Assembly (NCBI RefSeq): GCF_000143415.4
Contig: NW_003314293.1
Span: 836,062 to 900,061, forward strand
DNA: 64,000 bases
Reading direction: 5' to 3'
From: Selaginella moellendorffii
Lineage: Eukaryota; Plantae; Lycopodiophyta
Below are positions 1-13,189 of this stretch, piece after piece. The position numbers were made by a program, and so were the translations under genes. Each line of letters starts with the position of its first letter. The stretch's first letter is position 1. The notes beneath the pieces are model-generated. The model was given only the letters and a program-made list of their open reading frames with translations, was not told the origin of the DNA and made no database searches.

Positions 1-119
1 GTATGCTGGATTGCTGCGCCATGCTTGTTTGCCTTGGATTGCTGCTGCTGTGCCCTGAAATGGTGTGCCCTGGCTGGATTGTCGTGTGATGCCGTGCGCC
101 CTAAAACCAGAATATTCCA

Positions 120-275
120 TACGAGAATATTCTGAACAGTGGTCCGTGTTAGTAACACGGACCACTGTTCACGAACACAGCCGTGGGAACACGACCCATG
201 GCCGTGTTCGTGAAACACGGTGAACACGGCCAGGATCCCGGCCGTGTTCGTAACACGGCTATTTTTCAACTAGTG
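120..275. mobile_element. Terminus of a CACTA (En/Spm) DNA transposon with subterminal repeats
   Basis: Ends ...gctatttttcaacTAGTG at 275 (reverse complement CACTAGTTGAAAAATAGC). It is preceded by many aacacgg/ccgtgtt units in alternating orientation, including the palindrome tgaacagtggtccgtgtt-agt-aacacggaccactgttca. Confidence 0.8.
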
Positions 276-734
276 CTCATATATTTAAACAAAAGAGCTG
301 ATATAATAACAGCATATATTGGGGACATCTATTCTAGGCATATGCCAAAATCCAATTGATAAATAATGGAGAGTTGCAATGATGGGCACTTAGCAACTCT
401 TTGCCATGACTGGCAAGATACCTCCACTGCCTTGTCAATGCAGCCCTCAACATGGAGCTCTTCTCTCTATACCCAACCATAGCCTCACTCCCAGGCAGAC
501 CACCAACATCGCACTGCAAACCAGCCGTGCATGTGCTACTTTATATCCATGGTGCCATACATGTCTGCATAGAAAGTCTCCTACACCACTATGTTCAAAT
601 ACATCGCCTGCAATATGAAATCCTATGTATTTGTAACATGAAATCCTCTATGTTGACCCAGCCCTTCTTCAACAACACAAGCTACACAACTAGATTCTCT
701 AGGAGCTTGCAGAGCCTAGCATCTTTGCAGCACA

Positions 735-3700
735 AGATCTGGTCTTGCTTGTGAAGAAGAAAGACGGTCAATGCGTGTATTGACTACCGCACTTTGAACA
801 AAAAGATAGTGAAGGATAAGATGCCATTGCCATGTGTGGATGATATCCTAAACAAGCTTGGTGAAGCATGAGTGTTTACCAAGATTGATCTGAGGAGTGG
901 ATATCATCAGATTGCAATGGATGATGGATCTATCTCCAAAATGGCATTCAACACAAGCTTTGGACATTTTGAGTTTACAGTTATGCTGTTTAGTTTGACG
1001 AATGCACCGGCCACATTTACTCGGTTGATGACGGAGGTATTTGGGCATTATCTTCATGAGTTTGTGGAGATTTTCTTGAACGATATTCTTCTTTTTAGCA
1101 AGAATATGGAGGAGCATAAGGTGCATTTGCGCAAGGTTCTTTTGTTACTCCGAGACAACAAACTTTATGCAAAGAAGAGCAAATGTGAATTTGCAAAGTT
1201 GGAGGTGGAATATCTAGGCCAAAGTGTGACATCTAAGGGTGTCAAGATAGATCCAAGGAAGGTGGCTGTGGTGGAAAACTAGCCTACACCGACTACAGTG
1301 GCCAAGTTGCGCAGTTTTCTTGGTATGGCTAGTTACTACCGACGTTTCCAGCATAAGTTTGCCAAGGTGGCTATTCCTTTGACATGGTTGATACGCAAGA
1401 ATGTGCCATTCGAGTGGAAGCAGCCACAAGAGGAGAGTTTTGTGGTGTTGAAATGATTGTTGAGTGAGACTCCAGTGCTTCACATTGCTGATCTATCGAA
1501 ACCTTATGAGGTGACATGCGATGTGAGTGGTTATGCACTGGGAGGAGTTCTCATGCAAGAGGGACAGCTTATTGCATATGAGAGTCAAACTTTGAATTCC
1601 ATGGAGCAACACTATTCCACATATGAGCAAGAGTTACTCTCTATTGTTCATGCTTTGCGGACGTGGCAGCACTATCTTTATGGTGTAGTGTTTGTGGTGT
1701 TGACAGATCACAAACCACTTGTGTATCTTTTCACACAGAAGGAGTTGAACATTAGGCAAGCTCGTTAGATGGTTAAACTCATGGAGTTTGGGGAGTTTAA
1801 TATTGAGCATTGTTCAGGAAAATCAAATGTGGTGGCAAATGCTTTATCTCGTATTCGTCATGTAACGACGTTACAAACACGATTTTGTCATCATTTGAGT
1901 AAGGTGGTCTATGATTTTGGGCAGTTGGTTGAGCATGCTCAAGCTCAGGATGCTGAGGTGGCCTCTTTGTGTGACCAGATGGAAGCCCCTTTCTCATTGG
2001 TGGATGGGATTCTCTACTACAATGGCCATGTATATTTGCCACGAGTGGATGCGTTAATTACTCAAGTTTTATTCCACTATCATGATCGTCCAGAGGCCGG
2101 TCATTTTGGGGGGAAGAAGACGTATAAGTTCATTAAGCGCAACTTTTATTAGAGGAATATGAAGGCTGATATCCTCAAGTATTGTAAACCATGCGAGCTT
2201 TGTCAGCAGGTTAAGGTGCCATAGGAGAAGCCAGGGGGACTTTTGCAACCTTTACCTATTCCTCAGAGCCATTGGTGTAGTATCTTTATAAACTTCATCA
2301 CTTGTTTGCCACGAACACAGAGGCAAAAGGAGCAAGTATGGGTTATTGTAACGCATGTGATCATGGGATGAGATTTGAATATACTATCACTGTGGATCTG
2401 AGGGATAAATGGGGATAAAATAGCTACTAAGGGCTCTCTCATCAAGCAATTGCCCCTTTTCTAATTAGCTTAAGGGGAGAGAGATAGGGTGTGCTATATG
2501 TGGTATCGGAGCAAATGGCATGGGTTCGATTCCCATTAATTAATGGCTACTTAAAAATATAATATACCCTTGAACAAGGTATATTCCTACCCCTAAATTT
2601 GAAATCGTACGTATTGTGCATCCATGCGTATATCCTTCCTCTTGTGTGGAGTATCCATGGACAAAGGTATCTATCGTGGGACTGCGTTACGAGTGGATGA
2701 CTAGTTGCCTCACATGGAATAGTTGGTCTACACAATGGAAGGATTGGTAAATTCAGTGTAGAAATGGAGGTGCTGGTTCCCCTTGGCTCAATGTAATGCA
2801 TGTGATCATAAGATGAGATTTGGATATACTGTTACCGTGGATCCTTGGAACCTTGGGGGATAAATCGGAATAAAATAGCCACTAAGGGCTCTCTCATCAA
2901 GCAATTGCCCCTTTTCCAGTTGGCTTAAAGGGAAAGAGATAGAGTGCGCTATAATCATAGTGGTTTTCCAGTTGGCTTAAAGGGAGAGAGATAGGGTGCG
3001 CTACAATCATAGTGGATCGGTTGACGAAGTATGTGCGGTTGTTAGCTCTTCGGAAGACTGTCATTGCCTCAATCTTACTGTTACCGTGAATCCTTGGAAC
3101 CTTGGGGGATAAATCGGAATAAAATAGCCACTAAGGGCTCTCTCATCAAGCAATTGCCCCTTTTCCAGTTGGCTTAAAGGGAGAGAGATAGGGTGCGCTA
3201 CAATCATAGTGGATCAGTTGACGAAGTATGTGCGGTTGTTAGCTCTTCGGAAGACTATCATTGCCTCAGACTTGGCTACAGTTTACTTGGAGAAGGTTTT
3301 TCCTGATTTTGGTTTGCCGAAGGATATCATTAGTGATTGAGATTCAAAGTTCACCAATGGATTTTGGAAAAGCTTTGCAAAGGCTATGTAAGTGACTTTG
3401 AAACTCTCGAGTGGAGATCATCCTCAGACAGATGGGCAAACCGAACGTGTGAATCAGGTGGTGGAGGATATGCTACGTTATAGCATTGGTCAAAGGCAAG
3501 GAAATGGGATTTATATCTTCCGTTGGTGCAATTTGCTTACAACAATAGCTAACACAGTGGAACCAGTCTTTACTTTGCCATGTTTGGAAGGAATTCTCGA
3601 ACAGTGGTGGAGTTGGGATTGGATTTGAGTAAGGACATTCAAAATAAGCTTGATTCCGAGGTGATTGATCTGGCCATAGAACTTGATGAGATTCTAGTGA

Positions 3701-4065
3701 TGTGCAAACGAAATTTGCAAGCAACTCAGGATAGAGTGAAGAAGCTTGCTAATGAGCATCGCCAATTTCAGGAATATAAGGTGGGTGATCTCATCTTTGT
3801 GCGAGTGATCTTTCTGTCAAGTGAGCGGCGGACCACATTGGTGCCTTTATGGACAAAAAAGAGTGATAAAATTTCCCATCGATATGCTGGTCCATATGAA
3901 GTGCTGGAATGCATTGGTAAAGCGGCTTATCAGGTGCGGCTGCCAGCTGGGGTGAAAATTCATCCGATATTTTATGTCAGCCAATTGAAAGGTATACTAT
4001 CTCGGAGTGATGGGCCCAATGCCTCCTTGATGTATGCGGCTGTGGAAGATGGACCAAAAGCTTGA
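735..4065 (+). pseudogene. Ty3/gypsy pol remnant (RT, RNase H, integrase), family A
   Basis: Motifs [40 protein letters not shown]...GHFG, HPQTDGQTERVN and GPY. Broken by stops, frameshifts and a TRIM insertion. Confidence 0.95.
2347..2953 (+). mobile_element. TRIM (non-autonomous mini LTR retrotransposon) inserted in the gypsy integrase
   Basis: Two ~150-160 bp direct repeats (2347-2498, 2792-2953; TGTAA..CATGTGATCAT...) and a tRNA-iMet PBS TGGTATCGGAGC at ~2501. It interrupts the WVIVD codons, with degenerate 5-bp TSD GTTAT/ATCAT. Partial re-duplications follow at ~2960-3260. Confidence 0.8.
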
Positions 4066-4139
4066 GTAGGGTTCCCCAGAAAGGGTGATCACCAGTACAA
4101 CTCGTCCTTGGGACAAGGACTTTGTTGGGGGGGAAGAAT

Positions 4140-4373
4140 TGTTAGGCACCAACTTTGACCACGTGGTCAAAATTGGTCAAAGGGAGGCTCAAGGATATAT
4201 TAAAGCATGTTAAAGTGAGGGACTTAACCTACCCTAAGGCTCACAATGGAGCGGCAGCGCAGTGGAGCTTTTAAGGTAGCTTGGGGGTGGTTGGGTGGTG
4301 AGGAACATTAAGAGGTGGTGTAACATAGTTTAAGGCAACTAGATCTCTGTCTTTTTTGTGCCGGATCATAACA
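4140..4373 (+). mobile_element. Gypsy family A 3' LTR (234 bp)
   Basis: TGTTA...TAACA ends, preceded by polypurine tract GGGGGGGAAGAA and followed by CTGGC. Confidence 0.9.
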
Positions 4374-5862
4374 CTGGCTACTCCTGCAAATAAAGTCGGT
4401 CCATATGTCCGAGCAAATATGAAACAGAGCACTTCTAGCACTGGATCAGGTTCCTAGAAAGATGAAAGAAACAAACTCGTTAAAATAAAAGAGAAAATAG
4501 CTAACCAACCTTCACAAGTGAGTAAGCTATCTCCCTTCGGGAAATCCTTGAACTTCTTCAGCATATCATCACCGGTTGTGGAAAATGCTGTTTTCTCTTC
4601 CTCGTCATTGCCACCTATGGAACAGGTCCTCGTGAGAACCTGTCAGCTCCTGTGAACAAGTGCCGCCAGCTTTCCTCCTGTGGAAGCCAAGGAAGAAGTC
4701 TACAAACCGATCAAGCTGGTCCCTGTGCCACCCCACTCGAGCGAAACACGAGAGTAGCTTGGCCAAAGCGCTGGCGCAGGATGAGAGCCGCCAGAAAGTG
4801 GTGCAGTCTTATCAGCGGCTTCCAAGGCAAAGCCTGGAGCGAGGGAGCGCAAGGCTGCGATTGCGGAGGGAAGTCCCTGGAGAGCATGTTGAGGAGCTTT
4901 GCCTGCTAAGATCACAAATTCTGAAGTGGAACAAGGAGACCACGGTCATGGCACGTGTTTGATATCTCCACGGATGGCCCGCACTGCTCCCAGCAGCGTG
5001 AGATCTTCGGTGCAGAGGCCTCGAATCCGACCTACAAATATGGCCGAAAATCCCAGCAATGGTCAAAAGTTGGTGCAGTGTATCAGCGGATCAGGTACTC
5101 TTCTCACAACGCTCATCTCAAAACGAGCAGACCTTATTCACGCTTCTTTTTTGTGAGCATGAATATTTATCTGCTGTCTACTGTGCTGTTGAGTAGCAAT
5201 CCTCTGGGAGGGAAGGCTGGCTGAGATCGCCATGGCCTTGATGCTTGCTCCAGAATAAACTCTCCATGTGGCTTTAGATCAGCGCAGTTCCAAAATATGA
5301 GTTAAATGAAAGAGAAATCAAAGCAAGAAAAGAGAAGTGAACCTTACGGACAACAAGTCAGCTCCCTTTGGAGCTTCTCCAGCATTTCATTGCCAGTAGT
5401 GGTAAATGCTGCTTTCTCTTCCTCGTCATGACCACCTATGGAACAAATCCTCATGAGAGCCTGAAGCTGCACCCTCGCCTCCTCAGTGTGGCCTGATTCA
5501 AGAACCTCAGACAAGGACCGCCACTTTTCGTCCTGTTAGTTCTTCCTTGCCCGACTATGGAATCTCACATCCTGCCCTCGTACATGAGAGTTGTTCTGGC
5601 CTACAAGCTTGAAGGAAGTATAAGCAAGCCAACGCACTGCCCACATATACAACGATTTGATGTTAAATACTAATATATCCTAATCCTCTCCAACCACTAG
5701 AAAGTTTATGAAAAATATTTTTTCAGTTTTTTTTTTAATTTAATACAATTATATGACATTGGGGATATAATTAAATTGACCATTTAGGTTCACAACACTT
5801 TTTAATTTGACATAGAGGAACCCTAGAAATTCCCAATTTTAGGGTTCTTGGGCAGGGGAAGG

Positions 5863-8654
5863 ATGGCGTCCTTTTTTGCAGTTATGGATGAGCTTGAATA
5901 TTCCATCCTGGCTGTGGGCACTGAAATCGAAGAATTGAAAGAACAACTGAAAAGCGAGAAAGATCCTGAAGAGAAAAGGCATCTGTGGGAGGAGAAGTGG
6001 CAACTGCGGAAGAAGGAGGAGCAGCTGCGGAAGAAGGAGCTTGTCCTGCTCAAATCTAATGGTAAGTACATGCTATGCGCGATCTGAGAGATTTGATGCA
6101 CACTCCTAGCCTTGCCCTGCAAAAGCCCCAATCAGCTGCTTTTCATATCTGCCGCAGAAGCCCCAAATGTCGAGCTTTGTTTCGTTGCCATCTCGAATCG
6201 AAAAAGCCACTCGAGGTGCACTTCCATCCTTTTGCATTTTATCCCTTGTTTGCCCCATCCAAAGCTTGCGCCATTGATCCCATAGCTCTAAGTCTGCCAC
6301 AGCTCGAAACCGAGGAGACGTTTGGAAGACATTGCTTAAAAACTCACTTTTTTTCTGCCGTTTTTTTTTCTCCGTTCTAAGCTTGTGCTTTTGTCTTGTG
6401 CAGCTCAAGAAATTCCAACTGCTGGTGAAGTATTAATCGAGGCTCTCCCCCGCGTAGACGCTTTTATCCAAAAGGCCCGGGAGTCTATCAAGCAGCTTGG
6501 AGCTGTGCCCACAGTGAAGGGGAAGCCCAGCCTACTTTTAGCGGGCTTGGGAACAAGCTTTCTGACGCAGTCTGGTGATCTGGGCAAGATGCTAGACAGT
6601 AAAGGTCCGGTGGTTTCTGTGGTGGGCACATCGGGTTCAGGGAAAACAAGGACGTTGCTGGAGCTTCTCTGTTCGAGAATTGGGCTTTACTTCGTAGCTG
6701 ACATGCAGGGTAACTTTGGGTTTGAGGACTTAACATTATTGCGCAGCTTGGTTCTGGAAGGCGTGGCATATGACGTTCGAGCTGCTCTAGCTCAGTCGGT
6801 AGTACGAGCTTCAGTTTTAGCTCGGTTATTTCTACTTAAGCGTTGTCTTGAGGTGAAGTTCTCGGCACGGGAATGGTTGCTACTCCAGCTTCTGGGAAGT
6901 CAGTTTGTGCAGGTGGATATTTGCAGGGATTTAACGGGGTCTTTGCTCGTCAAGTTGGAAGCTCTAGGTGTAGTGAGAAGGCAGGAAACCTTAGAGGAAG
7001 AGATCAATGAGCAGTGGCAGCAGGTTATAGGGATGGCTACTGATGTAGTCGTTGTGTTGGATGAAGCGCAGGCGCTCTTCGAGTTGCACAAAGATCAGTT
7101 TAAGCCTTTTGGCGGAGGGACTGGGACGAGGAGTTCGTTCCATCAAGTGTATGAGGCACTTAGCCGGCCTTCCAGAGGTGTGACTGCCAAGCTGCTGCTC
7201 TCGGCTACTTGTTTGGCCGGATACAAGGAAACGGAGGTTTTCTCGCCGGCAATTGCCAAACAGCTGTTACGGGGTCCTGCTTTCTGTTCCTTCGGCAAGT
7301 TTCGAGACACGGGTGACATGTACAAGTACATGAAGAATTTTGTTGCTGTCGATGACACTGTTGATGAAGAGTTGCTCCAGAGGTTCGTAGGGAGATACAG
7401 ACCACTGGCTCGGGTTCTTGAGGATTTTCTGGAAAAGCAACACTCTCTCAATGAGTCGCTTAAGAGTGTCCGATCGATGCTCGCGAAGGAGGACTCGGAA
7501 GGATCTTACGTCACGGTTTTGAAGCGCATCCAGGTCCAGCCACGGATTCACAACGTGGAGCTGATCCAATTGTGCCGGATGATACGTCTGACAAGCCAAT
7601 ATGTTGGAAAGTACTACTGCACCAGGAAAGAGGAAGTCGAGCTGATTCACCATGGGCTAGCTTATTTGGATGCTGTTGATGTGGATAAGGGAGAGTTCGG
7701 GCCGGAAGGAACGATCGAGGAACCACTCGTGTTGGAAGCGCTTGAGTACTATTTCCGTGAGGACAACGCCCCTCTTCACATAATGAATCGTCTCAATTCA
7801 CCATCGGCAGGATTCAACCTCGAGATAGCTGCAGCAGATGCTCTTTGCAGTTTTCTTTCGGCTGGCAAGTTCAGTAATCATCCTATCTTTGAGGGCGCAA
7901 CTGCTTTACCAGACATCTTCTGCCAGCAGCTGAGGTTGTGGTCGCAGACAGCCTTCGACTGGTGTGTAGTACCAAGGGAATGACGAGCTATCTCGCTGGT
8001 GGGATGGGAACAGCAAAGGTTCTCCACCCGGAATTCCTAGCAGGTCCAGATCTGGTGATCCCACTGAAGACGGAAGACAACAAGGAGCTGATCCTCTTTG
8101 CACAGTTCAGACTCCTGAACTTTCTTGACAAAAAGAAGTTCGAGCAGGGCGTGTCGACGACGAACCCTGAGTTCATATTCAGGTCTCGCAAGGCAGCGAA
8201 ACTGAGGGCAGAGTTCAAGGAGGAGGTTGGTAACCGCTGGTGGAAGAATGGCATTATCAGGTTGATGGTAGTGTATCCAGCAGTCTTCAAGAAGGAGCGT
8301 ATGCCTCCTGCTGTTGAGGTGATTCCTGCTGCAGGCGGTGTTGGTCCCCAGCTCAAGATCATCATTCATGCTGGCAACGCAAAACAATTGTTTTCTCAGG
8401 AGTAAGTGGTCTTCATCTGTGTACTGTGATTGTTGCTAACTTGTTTTGACAGTTTGGTAAACTTTCTGAACGTGTACAAGGGATTCAAAGTTGGAGAGCC
8501 GGAGTCCTTGGCACGTGCAGTTGATAAAGTGCTGGCATTGGACTTGCATCGCTCGTTCAAGGACAGGCCTAGGAGGAAAAGAGATTTCGATGTAGCCTTT
8601 ACTGAACTGGAAGACTACTGGGGTGATGAGGACGGAATGGAGTTGGATGTATAA
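5863..8654 (+). pseudogene. Coiled-coil/P-loop NTPase/REase-like (Crinkler-like) gene, frameshifted copy
   Basis: Exons 5863-6061, 6404-8401 and 8453-8654 with in-phase GT-AG introns. Walker A GTSGSGKT, Walker B VVVLDEAQ. A 1-bp deletion near 7944 (gtcgcagac vs gtcagcagac in copy 2) shifts the frame. Confidence 0.85.
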
Positions 8655-9684
8655 ATTGATAACTATAAACAGGTAAACCGGTCAGTTGTTTTGTCAAGCT
8701 TCCCCCCACCTAGGTACACATGCCCAAATCCTAGAAATAGTTTGAAGTTGTGTTTTGATCGATGTGGTTGCTAAAAGAAATATACATTTCCTTCCTATAA
8801 ACCCTAGAAGTTTGGATAGTGTTAAAAGAGTTAAAGTTGTGTTTTTGTTTTGAAGATGCATGGATATTTTTTGGGAGTTGTGGGATGAGAATTTGTGCTA
8901 AATGACAGTAAAGATTTGGAGGAAATCAATGGGAGAGCTGGTTATATGAAATTGGTCAGGGAGGCCTTGTTGCTAGTGGCCAACCATGAATTTTAATCAA
9001 AGCTTATTAAAAACTGAGTGCAATTTCATTAACACTTAAAATCTCTTTATCCAGGATGCTTTGAACAGGATTATGGTGAACCGGACAATTGTCATTGTAA
9101 CCCATAAATTATTTACCATCATTTACCATCAAGAACACAAATTATTGTTCAGCTAACTATTCAGTAAAATCACTTGAAAAACATTCTAAAATGCTTTTAA
9201 ACACTATTAGTCAAATAAGGCCTAACCTGACCCTTCCCTAAAGTAATTTTTGTTTGTTTCTTTTGTAACTCATTAGATTCTCACCTAGGTGCAATACAAT
9301 GGAATCTGCACAGCATAGCACCTTTGTAATGCATGTGATCATGTATTTTATTTGAATGCCCCGCCAAGAGCTGCGATCCAGGGCCGGGAGCCAAAAGTTT
9401 TACACTGCCAATACTTTGGGCCAGCGAGTGCGACTTCCCACGTACAAGCCTGGCCCCTGCTGTGTTTTTGTTTCTTCTGCCATGCAGGCTTCAACATGGC
9501 AAAAGATAACAAGATTTAACAAGAGGCGTCTAGCCTCGCAAAAGAAAGAACCACACACAAAAGGTCCACTGTATCCTGGTCTATTTGTGGTAAGCTTGAG
9601 CTCAATCCCTGGATCTCATCGATACTTGCACCTCTTTGCTGCCAGAAGAATCTACACTCGCATTCTAACCTCCTCCCGGGCAAT

Positions 9685-11138
9685 ACACAACAGGCTGATT
9701 GCAATGTACACAAAACTGGGGGGCCTGGACGACGCGACAAAGACTTTCGAGGAATTGCAACGCAAGAATCTATTTCCTTCGTGCTAATTCTCTCTCCTTA
9801 TGCACACGCTGGACAACTCAATCGCACTAAATCCCTCTTTGATACCATGCCTGCGTGGAATCTTCTCAGGCATGTAACTTTCTACAAAGCTAAAAGCTTG
9901 ATCAAAATGCCCGTTTTGGGCATACGTAAGGACCATCACATTACAAGCAATAAGATTTCTGTACGGCATTCTTTTAAACAAATTCTTCGTTTTTTGATAA
10001 AATTGTGTTTAGCATAAGAAGAAAGCCCAGAAACCCACAAATTAAAAGAATGCTGTTCCTCCAGCATAATTTCAGCTTCTTCAAAATACCCAGTTTGGGT
10101 CTATGCAGAAAGTATAGTTGTCCACGAGATAAAGACTCCCAAAGGCATTTGTAGAAAGGTCTCGGTGGCAAAATCAATTTCCCGGTCAGTGCGTACAGTG
10201 CTAACATAACGTTGCAAGAAATAATATTTTTATCCGGCATATTTGCAAACACAGCCCTTGCATACTCTAGATGCCCAGAACGGGTATATGCAGTTAGCAT
10301 CGCATTCCATGCAACTGGGATTTGGTTATGTGGACCTCCTTTCTCGCAGCATTGGCACAATACGGTCATGTGGAAGATGCCAAGCGTGTGTTTGATTTGT
10401 TGTTTATGACCAAATGGGCCAAAGGGATCTCATTGCAATGGCTGTGATGCTCTCGGCATATGCTCAAAATGGACAAATTGTCGAAGTGAAGAGATTCTAT
10501 GAGAGCTTCCCAGAATGGAACATGGTATCGACTAACACGATGCTTTCGGCATAGGCCCAGCATGGCTATCTAGATCAAGCACTCGTCATCTTCGACAATA
10601 TGCCCCAGAGAGACGAAGCAACTTGGAATGCTATACTCAAAACGGACATCTTTCAGATGCCAAGAGAATCTTTCACTCCATGCCCAGCCGCAATATCATC
10701 TCGTGGAATACCATTCTAGCTGGTTTTGTGGAAAGTGGACAACCAGCAGTGGTGAAGAAGGTTTTCAATGAGATGCAATCAACAATCCTTCCGGATGAGG
10801 CTTGCTTTGTCATGGTCCTCATTGCCAGCAGCCAAGATGGTTCGCCAGGGGATCCAGAACTTTAGAAGCATGGTTATCGACTATGGAATCCAACCTTTGA
10901 AGCAGCATTATTGCTGCATGGTTGATACTTTCAAGAGCTCGGCATTTGGATGTGGCAATGAAGCTAATTGAGAGCATCCTTTCGTTGCTGATGGAGTGGA
11001 TTGGATGTGCTTTCTTTCAGCTTGCGGGTGTCAAGCTCATGGTCATGCTGGCTTGAGTGTGGCAAGGCATACAATTGAGAAAGACGAGAAGAAAGCAGCG
11101 TTTTATGTGTCAGTGGCAAACATCTACTCAGAGCTTTG
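9685..11138 (+). pseudogene. PLS-class PPR protein pseudogene with internal inversion
   Basis: Motifs NRLIAMYTKLG.LDDA, WNAMLTAY..SGHL, ISWNTILAGF, HYCCMVD and E-domain-like W..FLSAC. Many frameshifts. 9864-10316 is inverted relative to copy 2. Confidence 0.9.
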
Positions 11139-11596
11139 ATGTTAATGAAGGATCGCGAGAGAGAAATCTACTGCTGAGAACCACTTTGTTTGTTGTGGAG
11201 CAGGGCTTGAAGCTGGAGCAGGAGATGCTGGATCACCCACTGCTTCAAAAGGCGGAAGAGATTGGCGTTATGATTGTCAACGACTCCTTTAGAAAAGAAT
11301 GCGTCCCTGTTGTGGTTTACAATCTCAACGATGCAACCGCAAAGGTGACAGCCGGAGTTTGAAGAGTAGTTCGTGAACGCAAAAAAAAAAATGGAGATTA
11401 TGTCGATACTCAGTGGCAATGGAATACTTGTTAGTGCGTGGTTAGGAATTTAGAATGGTCGTGGCAAACGGCATGGTACCATGGGCCACGCTGGATACCT
11501 CCACCCTTGAAAACCAAGACTCGAAAAATCATTGTATTTCAATTGTGATTTTGTGCCTGCTTGTTTGAAGCTAATTACAAAGAAAATCCTACAAAG

Positions 11597-12931
11597 CCTA
11601 CTGGGACGCATAAATCAAAATCACTCTCGGATTCATATCGAGGATTTCTTCTGCATAATAGTCCCTCAACATGTTGATGAAATAGCCATTGTAATCTAGA
11701 GCCGTCCAAAAGTCAGAGCTGGTGCTGGGCCTGGGATTTCAAGTAGCATCTGTGTAAGCGGCAGACGTTCTCGTGAAATGACGATCTCAGCTCTAGAACC
11801 TGTAAAATGGTTGGGATAATGAGAATATAACTCAAAAGAGATAAAACGAAACTCCCTACCCTTGAATATAGTTTGTGGATGCCATCCTCCCAGCTCCTAA
11901 TGTTCTTGAGCAAGGAGCAAAAGTTGAGCAAGCACTGCATTATGTTGTTCATGCATGACTTCACTCCTGTGTGTTCCAAAGAAACACACACAAAGACAGC
12001 AGAAGGCATAAAAGTCTTGCTTTACTTCGGTGCTTACTGATGGACTGCATTGATCAAGTACTTGTGGTGAACTACCTCCAAGTCCTGCATGTCCTTGATA
12101 TTCATAATACGTCTGCAAGGAGAAAAAACTTGCAGCACGTTATTCTATTTATCTCGTGTTTGATAGCACGAAGAAAATCGCCCCAGAAGCTGCGAATGTA
12201 CGTGACATTGAAAAACTGTGACAAAATGCCCGATTTGAAGAAAAACAAAGCCTCAATGAATTAGTGAAGAAAGTTGTTAGAAAGCACCTAAAAAGTTGAA
12301 GAGCTCGGAGTTTATCTGTCTGCTGCCCCGAAGAACTCAAAGAACTCAATTGACGCATGACTGCCTGAAATTATAGAAAAAAATAATGAAATGTCGGCCA
12401 TGCCTACAAGTAAAGATGAGATGCTTAATGCTCGATCGGCTGAGGAACCCAATTCAGGAGGAACCTCGTTTGCGAAAAGACTATCCTGTGTGTGCGGTTG
12501 AAGCAAGAAACTCAACTCCCGTCACAACTGGCAGTTTCCTGCTCGGAGCTAGCATTGGTATCACTGTCGTGATTGTCATTGCTGTCCTCACCAAGTCACT
12601 TCAGCAGAAGTGGCCTTGTTTAAGAGAAAACTTTTCAAATGCACATTTTACTGATAAAAACGACAGACTCACACTGTTTCTGGCTCTGATTCCGAGTCCT
12701 CTGAAGCTGTTGTTGATTCTTCCTCCTGTATAAACAAGTTAACATTGGAATAAAGAGAAAACTATAGACAACTACCAGTGATATTGGATACTTCAAACAA
12801 GGCGATCAGAAGCAGCTGGTTTGTGAGGATATTGAGACTGGATGTACGAAGCCAAAGAATACATCCATCTTTAGGCTTGCTAGTCTGCTGAACAAGCCGG
12901 AAGTTCCAATCATCTTGGTGGGGTCTCTGGC
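11597..12931 (-). other. Possible exons of an unidentified multi-exon gene or pseudogene
   Basis: Short minus-strand ORF blocks separated by GT..AG-like segments. No recognisable domain. Confidence 0.3.
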
Positions 12932-13165
12932 TGTTATGTGCCAACTTTGACCATGTGGTCAACATTAGTCAAAGGGAGGCTCAAGGATATATTAAGGCAT
13001 GTTAGGGTGAGGGACTTAACTTACCCTAGGGCTCACAGTGGAGCGGTGGCACAGTGGAGCTTTTGAGGTAGCTCGGGGGTGGTTGGGTGGTGAGGAACCT
13101 CAAGAGGTGGCATAGCATAGTTTAGGGCAATTAGATTTCTATCTTTTTTGTGCCAGATCATAACA
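12932..13165 (+). mobile_element. Gypsy family A 5' LTR
   Basis: TGTTA...TAACA ends, preceded by CTGGC. Followed by PBS TGGTATTAGAG (tRNA-iMet-like) and a gag start (ATGGCCGACC at ~13190). Confidence 0.9.
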
Positions 13166-13189
13166 TTGGTATTAGAGGAGTTGGTTGCG

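Larger units (their letters stand above)
4374..12243 (+). repeat. Segmental duplication, copy 1 (copy 2 at 56137-64000)
   Basis: Near-identical sequence and matching ORF translations at an offset of ~51.76 kb. The copies differ by a few substitutions, small indels and one inversion. Confidence 0.97.

Noticed and set aside
4652-5224. Cluster of short overlapping ORFs repeated at 52 kb and 56 kb
   Set aside because: Recurrence reflects recent duplication. No domain or consistent frame could be identified.
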